From an uncultured Thermoanaerobaculia bacterium (GTDB lineage: Bacteria > Acidobacteriota > Thermoanaerobaculia > Thermoanaerobaculales > Sulfomarinibacteraceae), in assembly GCA_964597585.1 (NCBI GenBank), contig CAZQYU010000004.1:1-38908 (forward strand): 38,908 bases of DNA, read 5' to 3'. A model generated the notes under the pieces. It saw nothing but the letters and a program-made list of their open reading frames with translations. It had not been told where the DNA came from and searched no databases. A program made the translations under genes and the position numbers. Shown piece after piece: positions 7,859-16,000 of the stretch (position 1 is its first letter; every line of letters starts with the position of its first letter).

Positions 7859-8804
7859 GGCATCGAAAGCCTGCGTGACCGGCGGCGCCGGATTCATCGG
7901 CTCGCATCTCTGCGACGCCCTGCTGGCTGCCGGCCACCAGGTGACCATTCTCGACGACCTCTCCTCGGGCCGCAAGGAGAACCTGCCACCCAACGCTGAT
8001 CTCCGTATCATCGACGTGCGCTCTCAGGCAGCCGCCGAGGTCGTCGAGCGGGAGAGATTCGACGTCCTGTTCCACCTCGCCGCCCAGATGGACGTCAGGC
8101 GCTCGGTCGAGGATCCGGTGTTCGACGCCGAGGTCAACCTCGTCGGCCTACTCAACCTGCTCGAGGCGGCCCGTAAGGCGGGCACTCGACAGGTTGTGTT
8201 CGCGTCGACCGGCGGAGCCATCTACGGCGACCAGGAGCGCTACCCGGCGGACGAGGACCACGTGACCCGTCCACTCTCCCCCTACGGCGTAGCCAAGCTG
8301 GCGAGCGAACGGTACCTGTACTTCTACCATCGCCAATACGGTTTGGACGCGACCTGCCTGCGCTTCGCCAACGTCTACGGTCCACGCCAGAACCCTCACG
8401 GGGAGGCGGGCGTCGTGGCCATTTTCCTCCATCGGCTGCTGGGCGACGAGCAACCGGTCATCAACGGCGACGGTCTCCAGACTCGAGACTACGTCTGGGT
8501 CGGAGACATCGTGAGCGCAGGTCTCGCCGCCCTCAGCAAGCGGGGATTCGCCGTCTACAACGTCGGCTCCGGTGTCGAGACCGACGTCAACACCCTGTTC
8601 GAGCTGATCCACCGTGCGCTCGGGGCCGGCCCTCCAGCGATCCACGGTCCGGCAAAGCCGGGCGAGCAGGCTCGTTCGTCAATCGACTCGGCGCGGCTGG
8701 AGCGGGAGCTCGGTGTGAAGGTGGTGACTCCGCTCGCGGAGGGCATCGGACGAACCGCTGCGTGGTTCCGCGACCGTGCGAGCACCGTTGTCGCCGGAAG
8801 CTGA
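7857..8804 (+). CDS. NAD-dependent epimerase/dehydratase (UDP-glucose 4-epimerase-like extended SDR)
   Basis: TGGAGFIGSH, HLAAQ, STGGAIYG, SPYGVAK (YxxxK), NVYGPRQ, GDGLQTRDY; AAGGAGGA RBS. Confidence 0.93.
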   Translation: MASKACVTGGAGFIGSHLCDALLAAGHQVTILDDLSSGRKENLPPNADLRIIDVRSQAAAEVVERERFDVLFHLAAQMDVRRSVEDPVFDAEVNLVGLLNLLEAARKAGTRQVVFASTGGAIYGDQERYPADEDHVTRPLSPYGVAKLASERYLYFYHRQYGLDATCLRFANVYGPRQNPHGEAGVVAIFLHRLLGDEQPVINGDGLQTRDYVWVGDIVSAGLAALSKRGFAVYNVGSGVETDVNTLFELIHRALGAGPPAIHGPAKPGEQARSSIDSARLERELGVKVVTPLAEGIGRTAAWFRDRASTVVAGS

Positions 8805-8833
8805 GCCGATGCCGTCCACCGGGGAACGCGAGC

Positions 8834-8852
8834 TTGTGAAAGAAAGTATAAT
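8834..8852 (+). promoter_or_regulatory. nuo promoter -10 (TATAAT) with an overlapping Rex/CRP-like half-site
   Basis: TTGTGAA-AGAA-AGTATAA(8834-8851); consensus TATAAT at 8847-8852. Confidence 0.55.
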
Positions 8853-8954
8853 GCCCCGGCGTCGGCCGCCCGAAGTCTCCGCGGGAACGCGGCGAGAGTG
8901 TACCGATGTTGCATGGATGGGTGGGACGGGGACAGTGAAGCGGAGGACGTGACC

Positions 8955-9482
8955 ATGCGCCAACCCGACGGAAGCTCCACAGTGCTGACGACGCGCGTCG
9001 ACGCGATGCTGGCCTGGGTGCGTAAGAACAGTCTGTGGCCGCTCCCCTTCGGTACGGCCTGCTGCGCGATCGAGTTCATGTCGTCGGTGTCCGCCCACTA
9101 CGACCTCGCGCGGTTCGGAGCCGAGGTGGTGCGCTTCTCACCACGCCAGTCCGACATGATGATCGTTGCCGGCACCATCACCGACAAGATGGCGCCGATC
9201 GTGAAGCGGATCTACGACCAGATGGCCGAGCCTAAGTACGTCATCTCGATGGGTGCGTGCGCCTGCACCGGCGGCTTCTACCGTGCCTACCACGTGGTTC
9301 AAGGGGTGGACGAGTTCATCCCCGTCGACGTGTACGTCCCGGGATGCCCGCCGACCCCCGAGGCCCTGATCCACGGCATCCTGAAGCTCCAAGAGATGAT
9401 CCAGCGCGGGGAGACCCAATATGACCGTCTCAAGCCCTCGAAAGACCGCGTCGCACCCGCTGTCGAAGCTGCTGCCGAGTGA
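8955..9482 (+). CDS. nuoB: NADH-quinone oxidoreductase subunit B
   Basis: [41 protein letters not shown]; GGAGG 8 nt before the ATG. Confidence 0.96.
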   Translation: MRQPDGSSTVLTTRVDAMLAWVRKNSLWPLPFGTACCAIEFMSSVSAHYDLARFGAEVVRFSPRQSDMMIVAGTITDKMAPIVKRIYDQMAEPKYVISMGACACTGGFYRAYHVVQGVDEFIPVDVYVPGCPPTPEALIHGILKLQEMIQRGETQYDRLKPSKDRVAPAVEAAAE

Positions 9483-11127
9483 GGTCAAGGCCACTGTCGA
9501 GCAGGCCTCGGACGACCACACCGTCATCACCGTCGAGCGTGGGCAACTGATCGATGTGCTTCGGGCTCTGAAGGAGCACCGAGAGCTGCGCTGCAACCTG
9601 TTGGTCGACGTGTGCGGGGTCGATTATCCGGACCGTGACAGGCGTTTCGAGGTCGTGTACCACGTGGCGAGCCTCGAGAACGGGCGGCGGTTCCGCGTCA
9701 AGGTCCCCCTCGACGAGGGTGATGCGGTGGTCCCGTCCGCGTACGGACTCTACAAGGCCGCCGATTGGTTCGAGCGCGAGGCTTGGGACATGTTCGGAAT
9801 CCGCTTCGAGGGCCACCCGAACCTCAAGCGGATCCTCACCCACGAGGCGTTTCGGGGGCACCCTCTGCGCAAGGACTACGATCCCGGCCAGCGTTGGCAA
9901 CTCACAGAAGCAGAGGAGATGGTCCCCGACTGGGCCACGACAACGCAGGACGGAGATGACCACTTCGAGACCCAGATCCTCAACCTCGGCCCCTCGCACC
10001 CTGCCACCCACGGCACGCTGCGGACGGTCGTCCGGCTGGACGGCGAGGTCATCACCAACGCGGAGTGCGAGATCGGCTACCTCCACCGCTGCTTTGAGAA
10101 AATGTCCGAGACCCACGAGTGGAACCAGGTCGTGCCCTATACCGACCGCCTCAACTACTGCTCGAGCATGATCAACGGCGTCGGCTACACGACCGCGGTC
10201 GAACGGATGCTGGGCATCGAAGCGCCACCGCGGGCTCAGGTCGTCCAAGTCATCCTGTCCGAGCTGTCGCGGATCATGGACCACTGCGTCTGCCTCGGTG
10301 CGAACCTGGTCGACCTCGGCGCACTGACCAACTTCTGGTACTTCTTCCAGCCCCGGGAGGAGATTTACGGCCTACTGGAGGCATGTGCGGGCGGGCGTTT
10401 GACAATTTCCTATGTTCGCGTCGGCGGGCTCGCCCACGACGTTCCGGCCGACTTCGAAGAGCGGGTCCGCTACCTGCTCCGCTACATTCCCAAGTTCATC
10501 GACGATGTCGAGCGCCTCGTGACCTCGAACACTATCTTCCGGGACCGCACCGAGGGCATCGGGGCGATCACGGCGGAGGAGGCCGTCGCCTGGGGTTGGA
10601 CGGGACCTTGCCTACGCGCCAGCGGCGTCCCCTACGACGTCCGCAAGGCGTACCCGTACCGGGGGTACGACCAGTACGAGTTCGACGTCCCGATCGCGTC
10701 GGCAGGCGACACCTATGCGCGCTACCTGGTGCGGATGGAGGAGATGCGGCAGAGCCTGCGCATCATCGAGCAGGCGATTGACAGTCTGCCGGACGGCCCG
10801 ACCCTGACCGACGATCACCACGTCGCGCTGCCTCCGAAACAGAAGGTCTACACCGAGATGGAGTCGCTGATCTGGCACTTCAAGCTGATCTACGAGGGCA
10901 TCAAGGTGCCGGCCGGAGATGCCTACTCGCTGTGCGAGGGGGCCAACGGCGAGCTCGGTTACTACATTGTCTCGGACGGCGGCGGCAAGCCCTACAGAAT
11001 CAAGGTGCGCCCGCCCTGCTTCGCGATCTTCCAGACCTATCCGCACATGCTGATCGGACACATGGTCCCGGACTCGATCGCGATCCTGGGCAGCCTCAAC
11101 ATCATCGCGGGAGAGCTCGACCGATGA
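9421..11127 (+). CDS. nuoCD: Fused NADH-quinone oxidoreductase subunit C/D
   Basis: NuoC part: [34 protein letters not shown]; NuoD part: [35 protein letters not shown]; start overlaps nuoB by 62 nt with a GGGGAG RBS. Confidence 0.93.
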   Translation: MTVSSPRKTASHPLSKLLPSEVKATVEQASDDHTVITVERGQLIDVLRALKEHRELRCNLLVDVCGVDYPDRDRRFEVVYHVASLENGRRFRVKVPLDEGDAVVPSAYGLYKAADWFEREAWDMFGIRFEGHPNLKRILTHEAFRGHPLRKDYDPGQRWQLTEAEEMVPDWATTTQDGDDHFETQILNLGPSHPATHGTLRTVVRLDGEVITNAECEIGYLHRCFEKMSETHEWNQVVPYTDRLNYCSSMINGVGYTTAVERMLGIEAPPRAQVVQVILSELSRIMDHCVCLGANLVDLGALTNFWYFFQPREEIYGLLEACAGGRLTISYVRVGGLAHDVPADFEERVRYLLRYIPKFIDDVERLVTSNTIFRDRTEGIGAITAEEAVAWGWTGPCLRASGVPYDVRKAYPYRGYDQYEFDVPIASAGDTYARYLVRMEEMRQSLRIIEQAIDSLPDGPTLTDDHHVALPPKQKVYTEMESLIWHFKLIYEGIKVPAGDAYSLCEGANGELGYYIVSDGGGKPYRIKVRPPCFAIFQTYPHMLIGHMVPDSIAILGSLNIIAGELDR

Positions 11128-11654
11128 AGAAGGTCTCGACCGTCAACGTCGATCGCCCTGCGCCGTCCCTTGCGGAACGCACCTATCTGGTGCCGATCCT
11201 AAAGGGCCTCGCGGTCACGTTCCGCCACTTCTTGCGCAACTTGATCGGCCAGAAGGACGTTGCCACGATCCAGTACCCGGAGGTCAAGCGCCAGTACTCG
11301 GAGCGCCTCCGCGGCCGCCACATCCTGACCACCAAGGAAGATGGTTCGCTGCGCTGTGTCGCCTGCTACATGTGCGAGACGGCCTGCCCGGCGGAGTGCA
11401 TCCACATTGTGGCCGAGGAGGACCCCAACGCCGCCGTCGAGTGGGAGAAGGTGCCGAAGGTGTATGAGATCGACCTCCTCCGCTGCGTGTTTTGCGGCTA
11501 CTGCGTTGACGCCTGCCCGAAGGAGGCGATCATCATGAGCCGACAGCACGAGATGGCGTTTTCGAACCGCGGAGAGGCCGTCGTCGGCATCGAGGAGCTG
11601 CGCCAGAAGGGGCCCATCGATCAGGAAGATATCGGCTATCGGCCCTACTTCTGA
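11124..11654 (+). CDS. nuoI: NADH-quinone oxidoreductase subunit I
   Basis: TIQYPE..RLRGRH, CVACYMCETACP, CVFCGYCVDACP; ATGA overlap with nuoCD. Confidence 0.95.
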   Translation: MKKVSTVNVDRPAPSLAERTYLVPILKGLAVTFRHFLRNLIGQKDVATIQYPEVKRQYSERLRGRHILTTKEDGSLRCVACYMCETACPAECIHIVAEEDPNAAVEWEKVPKVYEIDLLRCVFCGYCVDACPKEAIIMSRQHEMAFSNRGEAVVGIEELRQKGPIDQEDIGYRPYF

Positions 11655-11659
11655 CACGC

Positions 11660-11715
11660 TGCAAGCTCTCTCTCCGCCAGGCTCGACTCGAGGTTCTCGG
11701 CGGGGCGAGCTTGCA
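11660..11715 (+). terminator. Long hairpin after nuoI (terminator or mRNA stability element)
   Basis: TGCAAGCTC(11660-68)/GAGCTTGCA(11707-15) plus inner CTCCGCC/GGCGGGG; no U-tract. Confidence 0.5.
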
Positions 11716-11721
11716 CGTCGG

Positions 11722-11730
11722 TGCTACGAT
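11722..11730 (+). promoter_or_regulatory. Extended -10 for the DUF465-psd-pssA operon
   Basis: TG-C-TACGAT just after the nuo hairpin. Confidence 0.45.
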
Positions 11731-11768
11731 GAAAATGCATGGACCATGAGGTCCCGAGGAGGGACGGA

Positions 11769-11975
11769 ATGAGTGCAGACCACGGGCAGCTTGAGCGCGC
11801 GCGGCCTTCCTTCGAAGAGCTCCAGCAGCAACATCAGGAGCACGAGCAGCGGCTTGCGGAGCTCAACAACAAGGCATGGCTCACTCCAGCCGAGGAGATC
11901 GAGGAAAAGCGCCTGAAGAAGCTCAAGCTGCACTTGAAGGACCAGATGGAAAGCCTCCGTCGGTCTGCGTCCTGA
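11769..11975 (+). CDS. DUF465/YdcH-family small coiled-coil protein
   Basis: FEELQQQHQEHEQRL..L....LTPAEEIEEKRLKKLKLHLKDQM; GAGGAGG RBS. Confidence 0.85.
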   Translation: MSADHGQLERARPSFEELQQQHQEHEQRLAELNNKAWLTPAEEIEEKRLKKLKLHLKDQMESLRRSAS

Positions 11976-11994
11976 CACGCATTCTGCGGTGGAG

Positions 11995-12600
11995 ATGATC
12001 GTTCCGGAGGGGTGGCCCTTCGTTCTCGTGCCTGTGTGCGCCGGTGTCGCCAGCGCCATCTTGGGCTGGGTCTGGACCGGCTGGAGTCTCGTGGCCGTCG
12101 GCGTGGTCTGTCTGGTGGTGTTCCGTGATCCTCCACGATCCTGCGAGCTCCCGGCCGGCGTCGCCTGCGCACCCGCCGACGGCCGGATCGACCTGCTCCA
12201 GAAACTCGACGACGGCCCGGCAGGGCGGCTCCGCGTGCGGGTTCGGATGCCACCGTTCGCGCCTCAGGTCACGCGGTTGCCACTCGAGGCAACGCTGATC
12301 GAGGTCGATCGGCTCGAAGCGCCCCTTGAGGCCCCACGAGAGGCTCTGGAGTCGAGTTGGTCGACTGCCTACGGTACGATCGCCTTGCGCCAGATCGCGG
12401 GCCGTTTCGCGCGTCGGATCGTGTTCGACCACTCACCAGGTCGCCTCGTCGAGCGCGGAGCGCGGGTCGGGGTGATGCGGTTCGGGACACGGGTCGAGGT
12501 CGACCTTCCGATCGACGCGATGCCTCTCGTCCACGTTGGCGACCGGGTTCACGCCGGGAGCACGGCCATCGCTCGTTGGACGAAACCGGAGGTTGCATGA
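11995..12600 (+). CDS. psd: Phosphatidylserine decarboxylase-family protein with a degenerate active site
   Basis: EGWPF, FRDPPR, APADG, QIAGRFARRIV, G.R.GVMRFGTRVEV.LP; located upstream of pssA; start 11995 ATG or 11989 GTG. Confidence 0.85.
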   Translation: MIVPEGWPFVLVPVCAGVASAILGWVWTGWSLVAVGVVCLVVFRDPPRSCELPAGVACAPADGRIDLLQKLDDGPAGRLRVRVRMPPFAPQVTRLPLEATLIEVDRLEAPLEAPREALESSWSTAYGTIALRQIAGRFARRIVFDHSPGRLVERGARVGVMRFGTRVEVDLPIDAMPLVHVGDRVHAGSTAIARWTKPEVA

Positions 12601-13403
12601 GAGGTCGACTCGGTCCGCGCCGCAAGGGCGGGCCCCGCCTGCGACGAGGCATCTACCTGCTTCCGTCACTGTTCACCGTTGCCAATGTGCTCGGTGGTTT
12701 CATGTCATTGGTCTCGTCCAGTCAGGGTCACATGGAACGTGCCGCCGTATTGATTCTGGTCGCCATCTTCGCCGACGTGCTGGATGGCAGGATCGCCCGA
12801 CTGACCGGGACGACGTCCTCTTTCGGCGAGGCCTACGATTCGCTCGCCGACGTGGTCTCATTCGGCGCCGCTCCGGCCTTGCTCGCCTTTCACTGGGGCC
12901 TGTGGCAGCAGCCGCGGCTGGGCACGTCGGTGGCGTTCCTGTTCCTCGTTGCGGGCTCGATCCGTCTCGCGAGATTCAACTCCACCGCACACGATCCCCA
13001 CCGCTTCAGCGGCCTGCCGATCCCGGCCGGCGCCGGTGCGGTCGCGCTCCTGGTGCTGGTCTCGCCGACCCCAGTCCGCCACCCGGCGTTCATCCCTGTG
13101 GTGGTCTGTTTCGTGCTCGCTCTGTCTCTGCTGATGGTCTCCAATCTCCCCTACCGCTCGTTCAAGGACTTCGACCTGCGGCGGAAGTGGCCCGTCCCGA
13201 CGTTGTTCCTCATCGCTGTGGTGTTCTCGCTCATCACGCTCACGCCGCACGTGCTGTCCATCCTGCTCGCGCTCTACATCCTGTCCGCCCCGGTGGCCGT
13301 CTTCTCCGGGCGCCTGGGACATCGCCCAACCCCCGCGCCCGAGGGTGCGGATGAAGAGGGACCCGAAGATGACCCCACCGAGCCGGACGATCATCCTGAG
13401 TGA
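12597..13403 (+). CDS. pssA: CDP-diacylglycerol--serine O-phosphatidyltransferase (type II)
   Basis: YLLPSLFTVAN, intact CDP-alcohol motif DVLDGRIAR....SSFGEAYDSLADVVSFG.APA, RLARFN, FSGLPIP, LMVS; ATGA overlap with psd. Confidence 0.92.
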   Translation: MRGRLGPRRKGGPRLRRGIYLLPSLFTVANVLGGFMSLVSSSQGHMERAAVLILVAIFADVLDGRIARLTGTTSSFGEAYDSLADVVSFGAAPALLAFHWGLWQQPRLGTSVAFLFLVAGSIRLARFNSTAHDPHRFSGLPIPAGAGAVALLVLVSPTPVRHPAFIPVVVCFVLALSLLMVSNLPYRSFKDFDLRRKWPVPTLFLIAVVFSLITLTPHVLSILLALYILSAPVAVFSGRLGHRPTPAPEGADEEGPEDDPTEPDDHPE

Positions 13404-14352
13404 CCCCCTGACACTGGTGGGCAGGGAGCTGCTCGAGCTCCTGCCGCGCTTCCCCGAGCTCCTGGGCGAGCTCCGCTTCGTCCACACCGGTGACGATGAC
13501 GAGCACCAGATTGCCGAGCTCTCCGGGCAGGCCTCGCTGGTTCCACCGCTCGACGACCCTTCCCAGCTCGAGGGTGCTGAAGCCGTGGTGCTCGCGACCG
13601 ACACCCGCAGCCGTCGTACCGCCCAGGTCGAGGCCTTCCTTGCGACCCACGTCGGGGTCCCGGTGGTCGATGCCGGCCGCCTCGAGTACCTCCGGGAGCA
13701 CCTCGTCGTCGCGTCCCCTTCGCTCGCAGGCTCAGCCCACGAGCGACACGTTCGGGTTCCGCACCCCGCCCTCCTCGCTGCGAGCGCCGTGATCTCGGCG
13801 TTGGAGGAGCTCGAACCTGCCGGCATCTCGGTGGTCGCGATCAACCCGGTCTCCGAGCTCGGCGGAAACGCGATCGAGACGCTTGCGGCGCAGGCTCTCG
13901 AACGGCTCCAGGGCCTCGCCGTCGACACGCTCCTCGACGACAAAGTCAGGGCGTTCAACCTCGTGGTCGACCCGGACGATCAGCGCCTGGACGACGATCT
14001 CGCGAGGTTGATGCCGGAGCTCGAAACCACGGCATCGCAGGTGCTCGGCGGCTGCTTTCACGGCCACCTGGCTCAGCTCGCCGTCCAGCTCTCCGAGCCG
14101 ACGAGCTACGGCGAGATCGAGACCGCAATCGAGAACAGCCCGAGTTTGCGCAGAGTTGAGGGCAGCTTCGGCCTGGACGCGACGGTAGGCTCCAACGCAG
14201 TGCTCGTCGGGTCGCCGACGGTTTCGCGGGCTGGCCGGTGGCTCAGTCTCACCTGCGCCATGGACGGCCTACGGGTCGGCGGTGCGCTGACCGCGCTCGA
14301 GTTGCTCGCAGGCCTGCTCGGTCCGTCAGCCGGCGGATACCCCAACCACTGA
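13369..14352 (+). CDS. Aspartate-semialdehyde dehydrogenase-fold (Asd/ArgC/Usg-like) protein, probably non-catalytic
   Basis: TLVGRELLELL, VVDAG, PVSELG..AIETL, RAFNL, CFHGH, DGLRVGGALTA follow the Asd architecture; GxxGxxG and NPNC are absent. Confidence 0.75.
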   Translation: MTPPSRTIILSDPLTLVGRELLELLPRFPELLGELRFVHTGDDDEHQIAELSGQASLVPPLDDPSQLEGAEAVVLATDTRSRRTAQVEAFLATHVGVPVVDAGRLEYLREHLVVASPSLAGSAHERHVRVPHPALLAASAVISALEELEPAGISVVAINPVSELGGNAIETLAAQALERLQGLAVDTLLDDKVRAFNLVVDPDDQRLDDDLARLMPELETTASQVLGGCFHGHLAQLAVQLSEPTSYGEIETAIENSPSLRRVEGSFGLDATVGSNAVLVGSPTVSRAGRWLSLTCAMDGLRVGGALTALELLAGLLGPSAGGYPNH

Positions 14353-14419
14353 AGACAGATCGGGAATCCAGTAAGATGTCTCGGCTGGTACGCCAGCCCT
14401 AACCACTTGGAGGTGACCG

Positions 14420-15886
14420 ATGACCAGTCCACTGCAGTCGCTCGAACCCGCTCATTTGTGGCAGCACTTCGATGCCATCCGGCAGGTTCCGCGACCGTCG
14501 AAGCACGAGGAGAAGATCGCCAAGCACGTCGAGGAGTGGGCGAAGTCACGCGGCTTCGAGCTCCGCCGCGATGCCGCCGGCAGCATGGTGATCGCCGTTC
14601 CCGCGACCGCCGGACACGAAAGCGCCCCTGTGATCATCCTGCAAGGCCATCTCGACATGGTCTGTGAGAAGAACTCCGACGTCACCCACGACTTCATGAC
14701 CGATCCGATCCGCGTGCGGGTCGACGGGGATTGGGTGAAGTCTGTCGGAACCACGCTCGGCGCGGACAACGGGATCGGGCTCGCGGCGGCGATGGCCGTC
14801 GCCGACGACCCTGCAACGGTCCATGGGCCGCTCGAGATCCTCTGCACGATCGACGAGGAGACCGGGCTGACCGGCGCCAAGCAGCTCGACCCCAACATCG
14901 TCAACGGCACGACCATGCTCAACCTCGACACCGAGGAGGACGGCGCGGTCTACATCGGATGCGCCGGCGGCGCCGATACCTCGGCGCGATTCCCGGCGAC
15001 CCGGCGACGTGCCCTGCTCGGCTCGGTCCCCGTCCGGATCGCCGTCCGCGGCCTGCGCGGCGGGCACTCGGGCCTCAACATCATCGAGAACAGGGCCAAT
15101 GCGATCAAGCTCGCGACCCGCGCCGTCATCGCCGCCCTCGACCAGGGGATCGACGTCGACCTGGTGTCGATTGACGGCGGCTCCAAGCACAACGCCATTC
15201 CGCGAGAGTGCTTCGCAGTCTGTCGCGTGATCGATGGCGATCTCGATGGCTTCCGCGCTGCGGTGGCATCGGCCGCTCGCGACTTCAAGGTGGAGTTCGG
15301 CCCCGCTGAGCCCGACATGGAGGTTGAGGTCGAGCCCGTCGAGGAGACCGACGACAACCTGATGCCCGTCAACGTTCACGCCCGGGACCGGCTGCTCGGG
15401 GCAATCGACGGCCTGCCCCACGGCGTGCTCTCGATGTCCCGCGACGTCCCCGGCCTGGTCGAGACCTCGACCAACCTGGCCGTCGTCTCCACCGAGTCCG
15501 ACGGGGTACACCTGGTGCAGTCCCATCGATCCTCGGTCATGCCAGCGCTGTTCGCGGTACGCAGAGGGGTCGCCTCGACTCTCTCCCTCGCCGGCGCGAG
15601 CTATGAGTGGGACGAGCCCTACCCCGGATGGGCGCCCAACCCGTCCTCGGCGATCGTCGCCCGGACCGTCGACGTGTACGAGCGCTTGTTCGGTTCGAAG
15701 CCGGCCATCAAGGCGATCCATGCTGGCCTCGAGTGCGGTCTCCTGCTGGAGAAGGTCCCGGGGATGGACGCGGTGTCGATCGGACCTGAGATCCGCAACG
15801 CGCACTCACCGGACGAGATGGTTCAGATCTCTTCTGTGCAGAGGTTCTACCAGCACCTCACCGCTCTGCTGGCCGATCTCGCCTGA
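14420..15886 (+). CDS. pepD: Aminoacyl-histidine dipeptidase (peptidase M20C)
   Basis: LQGHLDMVCEK, TTLGADNGIG, DEETGL, NLDTEE, GGHSG, IHAGLECG, HSPDE; GGAGGTGA RBS. Confidence 0.95.
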   Translation: MTSPLQSLEPAHLWQHFDAIRQVPRPSKHEEKIAKHVEEWAKSRGFELRRDAAGSMVIAVPATAGHESAPVIILQGHLDMVCEKNSDVTHDFMTDPIRVRVDGDWVKSVGTTLGADNGIGLAAAMAVADDPATVHGPLEILCTIDEETGLTGAKQLDPNIVNGTTMLNLDTEEDGAVYIGCAGGADTSARFPATRRRALLGSVPVRIAVRGLRGGHSGLNIIENRANAIKLATRAVIAALDQGIDVDLVSIDGGSKHNAIPRECFAVCRVIDGDLDGFRAAVASAARDFKVEFGPAEPDMEVEVEPVEETDDNLMPVNVHARDRLLGAIDGLPHGVLSMSRDVPGLVETSTNLAVVSTESDGVHLVQSHRSSVMPALFAVRRGVASTLSLAGASYEWDEPYPGWAPNPSSAIVARTVDVYERLFGSKPAIKAIHAGLECGLLLEKVPGMDAVSIGPEIRNAHSPDEMVQISSVQRFYQHLTALLADLA

Positions 15887-15908
15887 ACTCGACATCGTTC
15901 TGAAAGTG

Positions 15909-15941
15909 AGCCCCGGGGCGCGTCCGCGCCTCGGGGCTTTT
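15909..15941 (+). terminator. Rho-independent terminator after pepD
   Basis: AGCCCCGGGGCGC-GTCC-GCGCCTCGGGGCT followed by a T run. Confidence 0.8.
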
Positions 15942-16000
15942 CGCGTCCGGGAACGGCCGCCCGCAATCGACTGTTACGCACCGCGAAGGATGGGAGGGAC

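Noticed and set aside
8822-8891. Direct repeat GGGAACGCG occurring twice upstream of nuoB
   Set aside because: Only two 9-mers in GC-rich DNA; not a CRISPR array and plausibly chance
10399-10416. Perfect TTGACA inside nuoCD
   Set aside because: No -10 hexamer at 16-18 nt spacing
9421-11127. Group 4 [NiFe]-hydrogenase large subunit
   Set aside because: No N- or C-terminal CxxC Ni ligands; NuoD quinone-site motifs are present
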